From NCBI GenBank assembly GCA_046760225.1, contig JBHIDR010000009.1:1-22325 (forward strand): a stretch of DNA of 22,325 nt, in the 5' to 3' direction. A program made the translations under genes and the position numbers. Positions 1 through 8,351 of the stretch are shown one piece after another. A model generated the notes under the pieces. The model made no database searches, was not told the origin of the DNA, and was given only the letters and a program-made list of their open reading frames with translations. Each line of letters opens with the position of its first letter. Positions within the stretch are counted from its first letter, which is position 1. Source of the stretch: Candidatus Aenigmatarchaeota archaeon (GTDB taxonomy: Archaea > Aenigmatarchaeota > Aenigmatarchaeia > Aenigmatarchaeales > JACQIB01).

Positions 1-432
1 GTACTTAAGGAAGATGTGGTCAATTACCTTCTTGATGAAAAGTTCTCTCTTGAGATGCCTACTGAAAGCAAGCTTGTTGCTAGAAATGATGATGTAAGGG
101 CATACATAGTCTTCATGGACTATGATGATGGTTGTTATACGTTTTCAACAGAGAAATTCTACAAGAACATGAGAATTCCTGTCAGGTTCTTCAGGCAGCA
201 TGAAGGAAAGGTCCCGCAAGTAAAAATAAAGAAAAAGGCACTGGAATTCCCATGCTTAACGCCCGCACTTCTTTATGTGTCTAAACAAGCTTACAAGGAT
301 GAAATGAGACCAAAGGACAAGAAGGACCTTAAGAGTATTGTTGATAAAGTTGAAAAATCCTACACAGAAGAGGAGAAGGAAAAGTTTTATGAAGAAACAA
401 AGGAACTGATGAACATTATCTTTAGAGACTAA
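1..432 (+). CDS. Hypothetical protein, 5' partial; C-terminus resembles nucleotidyltransferase-fold proteins
   Basis: Frame is open from base 1 (VLKEDVVNY...), so the gene probably starts upstream of the window. 'LTPALLYVSK...RPKDKKDL' resembles the K...R.KD..D helix of nucleotidyltransferase-like families. Confidence 0.45.
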   Translation, partial: VLKEDVVNYLLDEKFSLEMPTESKLVARNDDVRAYIVFMDYDDGCYTFSTEKFYKNMRIPVRFFRQHEGKVPQVKIKKKALEFPCLTPALLYVSKQAYKDEMRPKDKKDLKSIVDKVEKSYTEEEKEKFYEETKELMNIIFRD

Positions 433-1676
433 GTCTTGTCAAGCAGGGTTTCCATGAACTCATTTATTGTTATGAAAGGTCCTGCAGCACAAGTGTGCTC
501 ATCATACTTCTTGACATCATTCGGCTCTATGTCCTTTCCATAAATCATGAAAGGAAATGCGCCTGCTTCGTGCACACCAGAAAAGATAGAGCATATGTGG
601 TCTGAAGTTGCTGCAATTATTGTTGTATTAAGGTCAATATACTCTGTGAGCCTTTTGAAGACCTCCCTGTCTATCTTCTCTATGAAGCCCCTCTTGATAT
701 CGAACTTCTTGTCATGGCCTGCAACATCAGCGCCAAGGATGTGAAGCACGACAAAATCATGTTTTCTTAAGGCCTCGAGTGCTGCAAGTGTCTTTTCCCT
801 TAAGTTGGTATTGAGGTCAGCTGTTGCACCAGTCACATTGGGAACTGTCATTCCAAATGCCTTTGCAATCCCCCTTACAACCGGTGAGGCTGCAATGCAT
901 GCTGCCCTGAGACCGAACTTTTCATGGAAGGGCTTGAACTGCTTCTGCATGCTGGCACCGCGCAGCACAATGAAGTTTGCAGGATTCATCCTGTACCTGT
1001 TGGCAGGATGGTTCTTCATTTTCTTGTGCGTTTCCCTTGTCCATTTGTTCAATGTTTTTGCTGTATGCATAGCAGCATTATCTGGAGTAAGTGGTTTTAT
1101 CTCAGGTGCTTTCATTCCTGGAAAACCCGGATCAGAAGCAGTTATGTGGGGGGATACCAGGTTGTTCCTCATTACCAGAACCGCCCTGTGCGCAACTGAC
1201 TTGTGGAACCTGAAGTTTATTCCCTCAAGGAAGATGTTTGCTATTTCTTCTGATATCTCCTTCAGCCCCTCTCTCTCCCTTCCTGCTCTCCTGTCCAGGA
1301 CAATGAAATCGGGTAAGAGAAGTGTTTTTGGGTTGTAAGGAACAGTGTCCAGTGCAGACGGCACTTCCCTCACTGTTGCAAAATTTGCTCGCATGTAAAC
1401 TTCATCAGGCCTTGTGTCTACTCCAACACCAAGTGCATCCAGATAACCTCTTCCTGGATAGTCCTTTTCATCATAACCAAAGAGCACGAAGTGCGATATC
1501 CCTGAATCTGGACCGAACTGTTCTGTGCCGAGCCTGTTGTCAACAAGACCTGCAAACCCCTTGCTTGTGAAGAGGTCAAGAATAGGCTTGTTGGCTGCCT
1601 GAAGCGTGGTGCGCTTTCCCTCTATGAAGCCGTCAGCAGCGCCATCAAGAATCACCAGAAGTGTTTTCTTTGGCAT
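429..1676 (-). CDS. apgM: 2,3-bisphosphoglycerate-independent phosphoglycerate mutase, archaeal type
   Basis: LLVILDGAAD, TTLQAANKP, DSGISHFVLFGY (catalytic Ser), GRGYLDALG, RANFATV, DRRAGR, DVAGH and TSDH metal motifs. Confidence 0.9.
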   Translation of the reverse strand: MPKKTLLVILDGAADGFIEGKRTTLQAANKPILDLFTSKGFAGLVDNRLGTEQFGPDSGISHFVLFGYDEKDYPGRGYLDALGVGVDTRPDEVYMRANFATVREVPSALDTVPYNPKTLLLPDFIVLDRRAGREREGLKEISEEIANIFLEGINFRFHKSVAHRAVLVMRNNLVSPHITASDPGFPGMKAPEIKPLTPDNAAMHTAKTLNKWTRETHKKMKNHPANRYRMNPANFIVLRGASMQKQFKPFHEKFGLRAACIAASPVVRGIAKAFGMTVPNVTGATADLNTNLREKTLAALEALRKHDFVVLHILGADVAGHDKKFDIKRGFIEKIDREVFKRLTEYIDLNTTIIAATSDHICSIFSGVHEAGAFPFMIYGKDIEPNDVKKYDEHTCAAGPFITINEFMETLLDKT

Positions 1677-1677
1677 T

Positions 1678-3231
1678 TTATCTCTCCAGCATAAATATTC
1701 TCCTGTGGGGTATTTCTGTTGGGAATATTCCTGTCAGCATCCTGTTCTCTATTCTCTTGTCAACTATAACAGGTTCCATTTCTCCCACCATCTTGAGGGC
1801 ATTGTTAAGCTTCCTTGTGTTTTCAGCATAAATCGTGAGGGTTTTCTCGCCCTTCTTCACACTGTCCCCTATCTTCTTGTTGAAAAGAATTCCTGCACCC
1901 TTGTCCTTTGGTGTCCCGGCCTCCCTTGCTATTGCAGCAATTTCAGCGTTCTTCATCCAAAGAACCTTGCCGCTCTTCTTTGAGCGGACTGATACGTTCT
2001 TCTTTCCCAGCTTTATGTCAGAGGCCTTTATTTTCGGATTTCCGCCCTGCTCGCCTATTATCTCCCTCATCTTCCTCAATGCCTTCTTGTTCTTCAGTAT
2101 GTTCATTGCGTGCTTCTTTCCTTCGATCCTGTTCTTTCCTACCAGGTCGAAAAGTGTTCCCACCACTTGTGTTACCTTTTCAATAAGGTCAGGCGGACCC
2201 TTTCCCTCAAGTGTCTGGAGTGCCTCCCTTGCCTCAAGTGCAGGGCCTATTGCCTTGCCTATCGGCTGCTCACCAAATGTTATTGTACATGCGACCTCCA
2301 TTCCCATCCTTCTTCCCAGTTCCCTGAAATCAGAAGCAAGCGAATATGCGCTCCCTGTTGTCTTTATCTTTGCTCCCCTTCCCGTGGGTATGTCTATTAT
2401 CACATACCTTGCATTCACTGCCCTTTTCTTTGACATTATTGAGGGGAGCAAAAGGGGGTCTACACCAAGGGGGTATTCTACCTGTATGAAAACATCATCT
2501 GCAGGCGCAAGCTCAAGCGAACCGCCCCACACAAGGCAGCCGTTTGTCTTCTTCACGACCTTCTTTATCTCGTCAATACTGAGGTCAACAGGAGCAAGCA
2601 CCTCCATCCTGTCAGCTGTTCCTGCGGCCGAGGTTATTGCACGGGAAGAGGTCTTGGGAATAGTAAGCCCGGCTGCAGCTATTATCGGCACACCGATGAG
2701 CGATGTCTTATCACCGGGCACCCCGCCTATTGAATGCTTGTCACATATCACCCTTCCCGGTATTGTGAACTGCTTTCCTGTCTCAACCATTGCGTTCGAA
2801 AGACCTTCTGCCTCGTCCATTGACAGGCCATAAATCTCCAGGGCAGAAACAAAAGCAGAAAGTTCTATCTCCGAGAGATGCCTTTCAACAACATCCTGGA
2901 CAATGGCCCTTATCTTGCTGGCATCAAGCCTTGCACCAGTTATTTTCTGCTTGACAAATTTTACTGACTCGGGCGCCTCAGCAGGGACTATTTCAATCTC
3001 GTCCCCGAGCTTCAGCTTGAAGAACTTGTTAAGCTCGCTGTTGGTAACAGCAACGCCCTGCTCGGCAAACTTCTCAGTGACATCAACTATGGCTATCAGT
3101 GTTTTTTTGTCCTTTGTTATGAAAACCCTGTCAAGCACATGGATTCCCAGGGTCTCAACATCTGCCTTGTTCAGTATTACTACACCTTTTCCTCCTGCCT
3201 CAAAACTTATTGGCTTTGCCCTGAATTTCAT
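1678..3231 (-). CDS. deoA: AMP phosphorylase (archaeal NMP phosphorylase, thymidine phosphorylase family)
   Basis: N-terminal extension plus DKHSIGGVPG, PKTSSRAITSAAGTAD, SIMSKK, GPALEAREAL and KDKGAGI; 517 aa; clustered with RuBisCO and R15P isomerase. Confidence 0.95.
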   Translation of the reverse strand: MKFRAKPISFEAGGKGVVILNKADVETLGIHVLDRVFITKDKKTLIAIVDVTEKFAEQGVAVTNSELNKFFKLKLGDEIEIVPAEAPESVKFVKQKITGARLDASKIRAIVQDVVERHLSEIELSAFVSALEIYGLSMDEAEGLSNAMVETGKQFTIPGRVICDKHSIGGVPGDKTSLIGVPIIAAAGLTIPKTSSRAITSAAGTADRMEVLAPVDLSIDEIKKVVKKTNGCLVWGGSLELAPADDVFIQVEYPLGVDPLLLPSIMSKKRAVNARYVIIDIPTGRGAKIKTTGSAYSLASDFRELGRRMGMEVACTITFGEQPIGKAIGPALEAREALQTLEGKGPPDLIEKVTQVVGTLFDLVGKNRIEGKKHAMNILKNKKALRKMREIIGEQGGNPKIKASDIKLGKKNVSVRSKKSGKVLWMKNAEIAAIAREAGTPKDKGAGILFNKKIGDSVKKGEKTLTIYAENTRKLNNALKMVGEMEPVIVDKRIENRMLTGIFPTEIPHRRIFMLER

Positions 3232-4224
3232 TCAACCAGCCTCTGGCCTGACCTTTTTCCAGTAAATCAAGAACAGTATGACGGGTACTATAACAGTAAT
3301 AGCAAGTGTCCATGTAATCAAATTAAACTGTTCCTGGAGTGGGAGATAGGGTATTCCATAAAATGTGCCAAGGGTGTTTGGCACTGCTATCACAGTGCCT
3401 ATTCCGGTCAGTATGAACATTATCCATGTGAGCTTCCTCACACTGAGGTTTATCCTGTTCGAGATGCTTGCCAGCCTGTTTGAGATCACTGTCTCGTTTA
3501 TTGTGATGGCGTCTGTCAGCGTCTCCCTTTGTGCAGAGACCATCTCCATCTGGTATATGTAGGCATCATGGATATCGTCAAGCATTCTTGCAAGGCTCGG
3601 GTCTATCTTCACTGATGTGAGCCCCTTTCTTATTGAGAATATTATCTTAGATGTGCCCCAGAATCTTCTCCACATCACAAGAAGCGATCTCTTGAGACTT
3701 ACTATGTCCCTTATTATATCCTTTTGCTTTGACCTGCCTATCATCTGCTCCTCTAGTTTTGCTATTCTCCTTTCATTTAGATGGAGAACTTCGAAGTTCT
3801 CTTCCATATCATAATCCATTATCTCATAAAGCAGGTAGCCCAGGCCCTTCAACTTTGGAAGCATGAGGTTCACCTTCTTGAAGATGCTGTTGTAGTGCGG
3901 AAGCATCTTTTCAGTGACTGTTACCAACACGTTCTCCCTTGCAAAAAACAGCACGTTCTCCACGCCTGTACCGCCCCTGATCGGATAATAATCAACAATC
4001 ACAAAGGACAGCGGACTCCAGGAGTACTTCATTGAACGCCTTTCCTTCCTGTATTTCTCAAAAAGGGTTTCCTTCATGCCGAAGTCCTTGCTCAGCCTCT
4101 TTATCTCAGCCTTTGTGGGAGAAGTAACATGAATCCACACGAAACCCTTGCGCGGTCTTGGGTATTTCAGGCCGCTTCCCTGTCCATATCTCTTTGGTGA
4201 AGCTCTGTACAGGAACTTAATCAT
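3232..4224 (-). CDS. CorA-family divalent cation transporter with a non-canonical signature (YGIP instead of YGMN)
   Basis: WIHVTSPT N-terminal motif, long helical funnel region (LDDIHD...), two C-terminal TM helices flanking TFYGIPYLP. Confidence 0.85.
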   Translation of the reverse strand: MIKFLYRASPKRYGQGSGLKYPRPRKGFVWIHVTSPTKAEIKRLSKDFGMKETLFEKYRKERRSMKYSWSPLSFVIVDYYPIRGGTGVENVLFFARENVLVTVTEKMLPHYNSIFKKVNLMLPKLKGLGYLLYEIMDYDMEENFEVLHLNERRIAKLEEQMIGRSKQKDIIRDIVSLKRSLLVMWRRFWGTSKIIFSIRKGLTSVKIDPSLARMLDDIHDAYIYQMEMVSAQRETLTDAITINETVISNRLASISNRINLSVRKLTWIMFILTGIGTVIAVPNTLGTFYGIPYLPLQEQFNLITWTLAITVIVPVILFLIYWKKVRPEAG

Positions 4225-4257
4225 ACATTATATTCTAGAAAAAGTTCTATATAAAAA
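4225..4257 (-). promoter_or_regulatory. Putative archaeal TATA promoter for corA-deoA-apgM (probably leaderless)
   Basis: Minus strand reads TTTTTATATA about 25 nt upstream of the CorA ATG in an AT-rich gap. Confidence 0.5.
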
Positions 4258-4620
4258 TTATAAAACAGGACAGGTCTGCTCTCCTGTTGCCTGGTTGCAG
4301 GCGAGCTTGAGATTTGCACAATCGAACCTATTGCTGTGATATCGGTTGTGAATGTCGCACAGGTTGTCTATGTACCATTCTACCTGCGGAAGACTTATAT
4401 GGGCATTCGAGTCGCAGGTCCAGTTTCCCCAGTACTCGCAGTGCTCTACCATGACCTCTTTTGCAGAAGCGCACTTGTAGCCTGGCCTTGCAACCTCACA
4501 ACCTGCCTTGTCTGTATATACAGGTATTGAGACCAGAATCACGAATATTACCAGTGCTGCAACTGCTATCTTGTCGAACCTGGTCAATTTGGGTAGTTTG
4601 GGTATCTCCATGCCAATCAT
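4258..4620 (-). CDS. Hypothetical membrane-anchored or exported protein with 8 Cys
   Basis: Basic N-terminus, hydrophobic helix IAVAALVIFVILVSIPVY, then 8 cysteines; co-oriented with and close to the RuBisCO gene. Confidence 0.7.
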   Translation of the reverse strand: MIGMEIPKLPKLTRFDKIAVAALVIFVILVSIPVYTDKAGCEVARPGYKCASAKEVMVEHCEYWGNWTCDSNAHISLPQVEWYIDNLCDIHNRYHSNRFDCANLKLACNQATGEQTCPVL

Positions 4621-4635
4621 GTGGATTTCAAGCTT

Positions 4636-5751
4636 TTAAAGGTTTTCAACTGCCCTCCTCATTGCAGCTGCTCCTTTCTTTGTTCCTCCAGGATAACCGT
4701 GAACCCCGCCTCCAGCCTGTATGATTATGTCCTTGCCAACCATCTTCACCAATGGTCTTATAAGGCCTGGGTGAAGACCTCCTGAACATACAGGGAACAC
4801 AGGCCTTGTTGCATCAACTATCCTCAGGAACTCCTCCTTCTTTTCTGCCATTTTTCCTACAACAGTGCCCACATGCAGCTGGTCGACCCCAACGAGTTTT
4901 GCAATTTTGGCTTCGACCACCATGGATATGCCATGTTTAGGGTTCCGCGTGAATGCAGCATGCATTGCCCTGTGGGCATGCATTATCATGCCAAGGTCTT
5001 CGTTTCTCAGTGTCTGGACACCTGCCCAGCCCACTGTCATTATGTCAACCATGATGTATCTTCCGCCATTCTTCTTGACAAAATGTGCTCTGCGCAACAT
5101 TTCCTTTGTCTCGGCTGTTACATTGGGCATGTAGGCCTTTTTCTCTCCTGCCTCCTTTTCTGCCTTCTTCCTCATCTTCAGTGTCTTTCTGACCCTATCT
5201 TCGAACCTGTTGAATGACTGTGATGCCAGGTTCTCATCATCCTTCACAATATCAATGCCGCCTGACCATGCCTCATAAGCCACTTTTGCATGCGCTGAAG
5301 AAGAAAGTCCTAGCTTCGGCTTTATTATTGTGCCTACCAAGGGTCTTTTTCTTATTTTTAGTTTTTTCCTTACGCCTTTCATGCCGTACTTGGGACCAGG
5401 AAAGCTCTTCTCAATGCTTCTTGGAAAATCAATGTCCTCAAGACGCAGGTTATTTACAGCCTTCATTCCGAATATGTTACCTGCAACACTGGATAGAATC
5501 TGCGGCATGTTTCCTGGCTCGAAAAGAACAGAAGGATAAGCAATCTTGAAGTTATTTCCTTTCACCCAGAATATTTTTGCTCCCATCTTCCTTATCCTTG
5601 GCGTCATTGTTGCAACTTCCTTCCATGTGCCAATAGAAGACTCTGCTGCAACAGCTTCCCTTGCCTGCCTGGTTGCAGGCTCTATCCTGAAAGTGCAGAC
5701 AATATCGTTCTTCGGCCTGTAGTTCATTTGAGTGTATCCTTTGTATGCCAT
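4636..5751 (-). CDS. rbcL: Ribulose-1,5-bisphosphate carboxylase, form III-type, short (371 aa)
   Basis: AESSIGT, GNIFGMK, GTIIKPKLGL, GGIDIVKDDE, HAHRAMH, LHVGTVVGK, SGGLHPG, QAGGGVHG. Confidence 0.95.
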   Translation of the reverse strand: MAYKGYTQMNYRPKNDIVCTFRIEPATRQAREAVAAESSIGTWKEVATMTPRIRKMGAKIFWVKGNNFKIAYPSVLFEPGNMPQILSSVAGNIFGMKAVNNLRLEDIDFPRSIEKSFPGPKYGMKGVRKKLKIRKRPLVGTIIKPKLGLSSSAHAKVAYEAWSGGIDIVKDDENLASQSFNRFEDRVRKTLKMRKKAEKEAGEKKAYMPNVTAETKEMLRRAHFVKKNGGRYIMVDIMTVGWAGVQTLRNEDLGMIMHAHRAMHAAFTRNPKHGISMVVEAKIAKLVGVDQLHVGTVVGKMAEKKEEFLRIVDATRPVFPVCSGGLHPGLIRPLVKMVGKDIIIQAGGGVHGYPGGTKKGAAAMRRAVENL

Positions 5752-5752
5752 A

Positions 5753-6118
5753 TTATCTTACCCTTATACTAACATGACTTTTGCCACACTCAGGACACCT
5801 GAATGTAAACGTTCCTTTCCTGTAATCCTTTTTTCTTACCCTCACAATAATCATTTCATCACAATTGCTGCAGTATTCGTTTATTTTCTTGTACTTCTTC
5901 CCAGCATCCTTCATGTGCTTCTTTAGCTCGTTCGAGAGGTTCATTTTCTTCCTGTTCGCAAGCTGTATGCATTCGAACAAGATATCAACTGCCTTGTGCT
6001 TAGCGTTCCTTGTGTTAAGTTCTCTTGCATCTTTCTTGATGAACTTTATTATCTCGTTTGCCTTTGTCTTGTCCCAGTTCATCTTCTTTTCAAACTTTGC
6101 AACATCCTTCTGCATCAC
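5753..6118 (-). CDS. Degenerate MazG-like (all-alpha NTP pyrophosphatase) domain fused to a C-terminal Zn ribbon
   Basis: QKDVAKF...W...KKDAREL...AVDILF...LANRKKMNL follows the MazG/YpjD pattern without most acidic residues. C-terminal CSNC...CPECG. 4-nt overlap with the upstream gene and a 1-nt gap to rbcL. Confidence 0.6.
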   Translation of the reverse strand: MMQKDVAKFEKKMNWDKTKANEIIKFIKKDARELNTRNAKHKAVDILFECIQLANRKKMNLSNELKKHMKDAGKKYKKINEYCSNCDEMIIVRVRKKDYRKGTFTFRCPECGKSHVSIRVR

Positions 6119-6924
6119 AACAGCCTCTTGAGATTTCCTGGTGTCATTATTCCTTTCTCAGTTATTATCCTTGTTATGAATCTCCATGGTGTGATATCAA
6201 AAGCAGGATTCCTTATCTTCACACCTTTCAATGCCTTGTAAACTTCTGATGGTGGCCTTTCCTCAATCTCTATTTTTTTCCTTTTGTCGAGCTTCAAAGT
6301 AGATGCCACAACATAATACGGTTTCTTGTAGAAGTTGGCAGCAAGCGCTATGTTCAGGCTTCCTATCTTGTTCACATTGCCTTCCTTCCTCATTGCATCA
6401 CTTCCAACCATGACAAGGTCCACTTCTGGCATGAAAAAGGAAACAGCTGAATCAACTATCAGGGTGACAGGTATTCCTGCTGCAGCAAGCTCCTTTGCTG
6501 TCCTTATTCCCTGCTGCTTTGGTTCTGTCTCAGTTGCTATTACCTTTATCCTCTTCCCCTGCTTCTTCGCGTGCCTGAGCACAGACACAGCTGTACCTGA
6601 ATGGCAATGGGTCATTATTGTCTGCCCGCTCTTTATGAACCTGCTTGCCTCTGCTATCTTTTTCGGAGAGGTCTTAAGCTTTGTGAGAAGAAAGTTTATT
6701 TTTTTCTTGCTCTTGTCCTTCTTGAGAATCTCAATGCAGTTGTGGAGAACAACTGCTGTTGGCCTTGCAGCTTCCAGCTCCTTCATTGCCCTGTTGAATT
6801 TGCTTCCGAAGCCATGCTTCCTTGAATACTTCCTCAGGAACCTAAGGCTCTCTGTTGCTATCTCCTTTGCTCCCTGTATCTTCAGGCTCTTTATCTTTTC
6901 AACCATTTCCTTGAGTTCAGGCAT
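6115..6924 (-). CDS. Ribose-1,5-bisphosphate isomerase (eIF-2B alpha/beta/delta family)
   Basis: IQGA, ARPT, MTHCHS (catalytic Cys), VGSDA (catalytic Asp), NKIGS, IEERP, RNPAFDITP; same operon as RuBisCO. Confidence 0.9.
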   Translation of the reverse strand: MPELKEMVEKIKSLKIQGAKEIATESLRFLRKYSRKHGFGSKFNRAMKELEAARPTAVVLHNCIEILKKDKSKKKINFLLTKLKTSPKKIAEASRFIKSGQTIMTHCHSGTAVSVLRHAKKQGKRIKVIATETEPKQQGIRTAKELAAAGIPVTLIVDSAVSFFMPEVDLVMVGSDAMRKEGNVNKIGSLNIALAANFYKKPYYVVASTLKLDKRKKIEIEERPPSEVYKALKGVKIRNPAFDITPWRFITRIITEKGIMTPGNLKRLL

Positions 6925-6955
6925 AAATTAATCTTATAGTAGGTTTAAAATAAAG
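6925..6955 (-). promoter_or_regulatory. Putative TATA promoter for the isomerase-RuBisCO operon
   Basis: Minus-strand TTTTAAA (6950-6944) lies 20-26 nt upstream of the ATG at 6924; AT-rich gap with no SD sequence. Confidence 0.45.
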
Positions 6956-7828
6956 TTATTGTTGCCTCAAGAACCACTCAACTTCACTGAAGTACTCAGA
7001 TGATACCTCATTGTCATCCTTGAACCCCTCAACAAATGGTTCCCTGCATGTCCTTTCTATGTAGCATTCTGAGCATTTCTGTTCCTCAAGTGAGCTTCCT
7101 ACATCAGCACAGACAGGGCACAGACTGTATTTATAGCTGACAAATCCCTTTTCCACATACACCTTCATCTTTACATCAAGACCATCCAGGACAATTTTTC
7201 TTTTCTCAGGTTTTAATGCTCTCAGTTCTTCTTTTATATAATCTTTCAGCCTTGTTCCAGAACCAATTTTTTTCTTGAATACCCTCAATGATTTCAGCAA
7301 GTTATTTGTTTCATAACTCTTCAGGGCAAGCTGCTCTTCCTGGTTAAGTTCCTTTGGATTGAAGGTGTAAGGACCGAATCCGACCTTTTTTAGAAATAAT
7401 CCCATTTCAAATTTTGGATCATGTTTCAGACTAAAATCTCTAGTTTCAGGATAGATGTAGCTTCTAAGATAGATAACATCATATTCTTCGGGTTTCTTTC
7501 CTCTTTCAACCAGTTCCTGGTGATGCTTACTTGCCTCCTTTTCAAGTGCTGTCACAAGGCAGTTTGCAAGGCCCTTCCCCCTGTATTCAGGGAGAATGGA
7601 AAAGTTCCTGAACTTCAAATCAAATTTTCCCTTCTTTACTATTGTGTAGCCTATTTTCCTTCTGTTCCCTTCAAGATAAATTATTTCCTCTCCTGGCCAG
7701 AGCCTATTAGACAATTCGTAAATCTCTTTGTAATCCCTACCAAAAACATCAATATAGTGCTCTCTTTTCAACTCTTCCAACTCTTCAGAAAGGCCATATC
7801 TTTTTTCTTTTACCAGTCTTATTTCCAA
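6956..7828 (-). CDS. GNAT-family N-acetyltransferase with a C-terminal Cys-cluster domain
   Basis: Motif A FSILPEYRGKGLA; C-terminal CPVC...CSEC....C. Probable TTG start at 7828 (MEIRLV) after GAGGG; the ORF track uses GTG at 7846. Confidence 0.75.
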   Translation of the reverse strand: MEIRLVKEKRYGLSEELEELKREHYIDVFGRDYKEIYELSNRLWPGEEIIYLEGNRRKIGYTIVKKGKFDLKFRNFSILPEYRGKGLANCLVTALEKEASKHHQELVERGKKPEEYDVIYLRSYIYPETRDFSLKHDPKFEMGLFLKKVGFGPYTFNPKELNQEEQLALKSYETNNLLKSLRVFKKKIGSGTRLKDYIKEELRALKPEKRKIVLDGLDVKMKVYVEKGFVSYKYSLCPVCADVGSSLEEQKCSECYIERTCREPFVEGFKDDNEVSSEYFSEVEWFLRQQ

Positions 7829-8351
7829 GATAATCCCTCGCAACACGATTATATTTTTCTATCAGTTCATATGCTTCCTTAAGATTTTTTCCAAAAGCAA
7901 TAGAGCCATGTTGTTTTAGAATTATGTACCTTGTATCAGGGTTATTTTCCATACATTTTAGTATTTCTTCTGCAAGCTCTAGTGTGCCACATGGGTATGT
8001 TTTCTCTGTCTTAGGAACAACATACTTCTTTGCATATTCCAGAACAGCATTGTCATGAACATGTATTATTGCCTTGTAAGGATATTTTGAATATATCATG
8101 TAGTGTGCCAGTGCTTCTGTAGACGGCTTGACCTTACCTATTGCATACACTACTCTTTCTTCAAAATCAACATCTTCTATTCTGACCAAGTCATCCTTGG
8201 TCAGGCTACCTTTGTGAACCCCTCTTCCTGTCACTATCATCTTGCTGTTGTTTATGCTTATGTTGCCGAATGTTGACTCTTCATACTCTGGGAAAACACC
8301 TAATTCGTACAGCTTCTTTCCTACCTCTATAATGTCACTCGGTGTATCCAT
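7785..8351 (-). CDS. Class II aldolase/adducin-family metalloenzyme
   Basis: FGNIS, VTGRG, PSTEALAH, AIIHVH and LKQHG Zn-binding motifs. ATG at 8351 lies inside the end of coaBC. Confidence 0.85.
   Translation of the reverse strand: MDTPSDIIEVGKKLYELGVFPEYEESTFGNISINNSKMIVTGRGVHKGSLTKDDLVRIEDVDFEERVVYAIGKVKPSTEALAHYMIYSKYPYKAIIHVHDNAVLEYAKKYVVPKTEKTYPCGTLELAEEILKCMENNPDTRYIILKQHGSIAFGKNLKEAYELIEKYNRVARDYLGNKTGKRKKIWPF

Noticed and set aside
1300..1375. Short insertion in ApgM between RANFATV and DRRAGR
   Set aside because: In frame, in a variable surface loop, with metal and catalytic residues intact; no sign of a mobile insert.
1835..2833. 332-aa plus-strand ORF and other long antisense ORFs (805-1338, 6335-6931, 12145-12606, 17382-17825, 17844-18269)
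   Set aside because: They are shadows of well-supported genes on the opposite strand, with Ser/Phe/Ile-rich translations and no motifs.
4636..8351. Methionine or 5'-deoxyadenosine salvage reading (RuBisCO-like protein + MtnA + MtnB/aldolase)
   Set aside because: RuBisCO keeps the full carboxylase residue set, the isomerase has THCHS rather than the MtnA THCNAG.LAT motif, AMP phosphorylase is present, and a promoter-like gap separates the aldolase operon. A role for the aldolase in sugar-phosphate salvage is not excluded.
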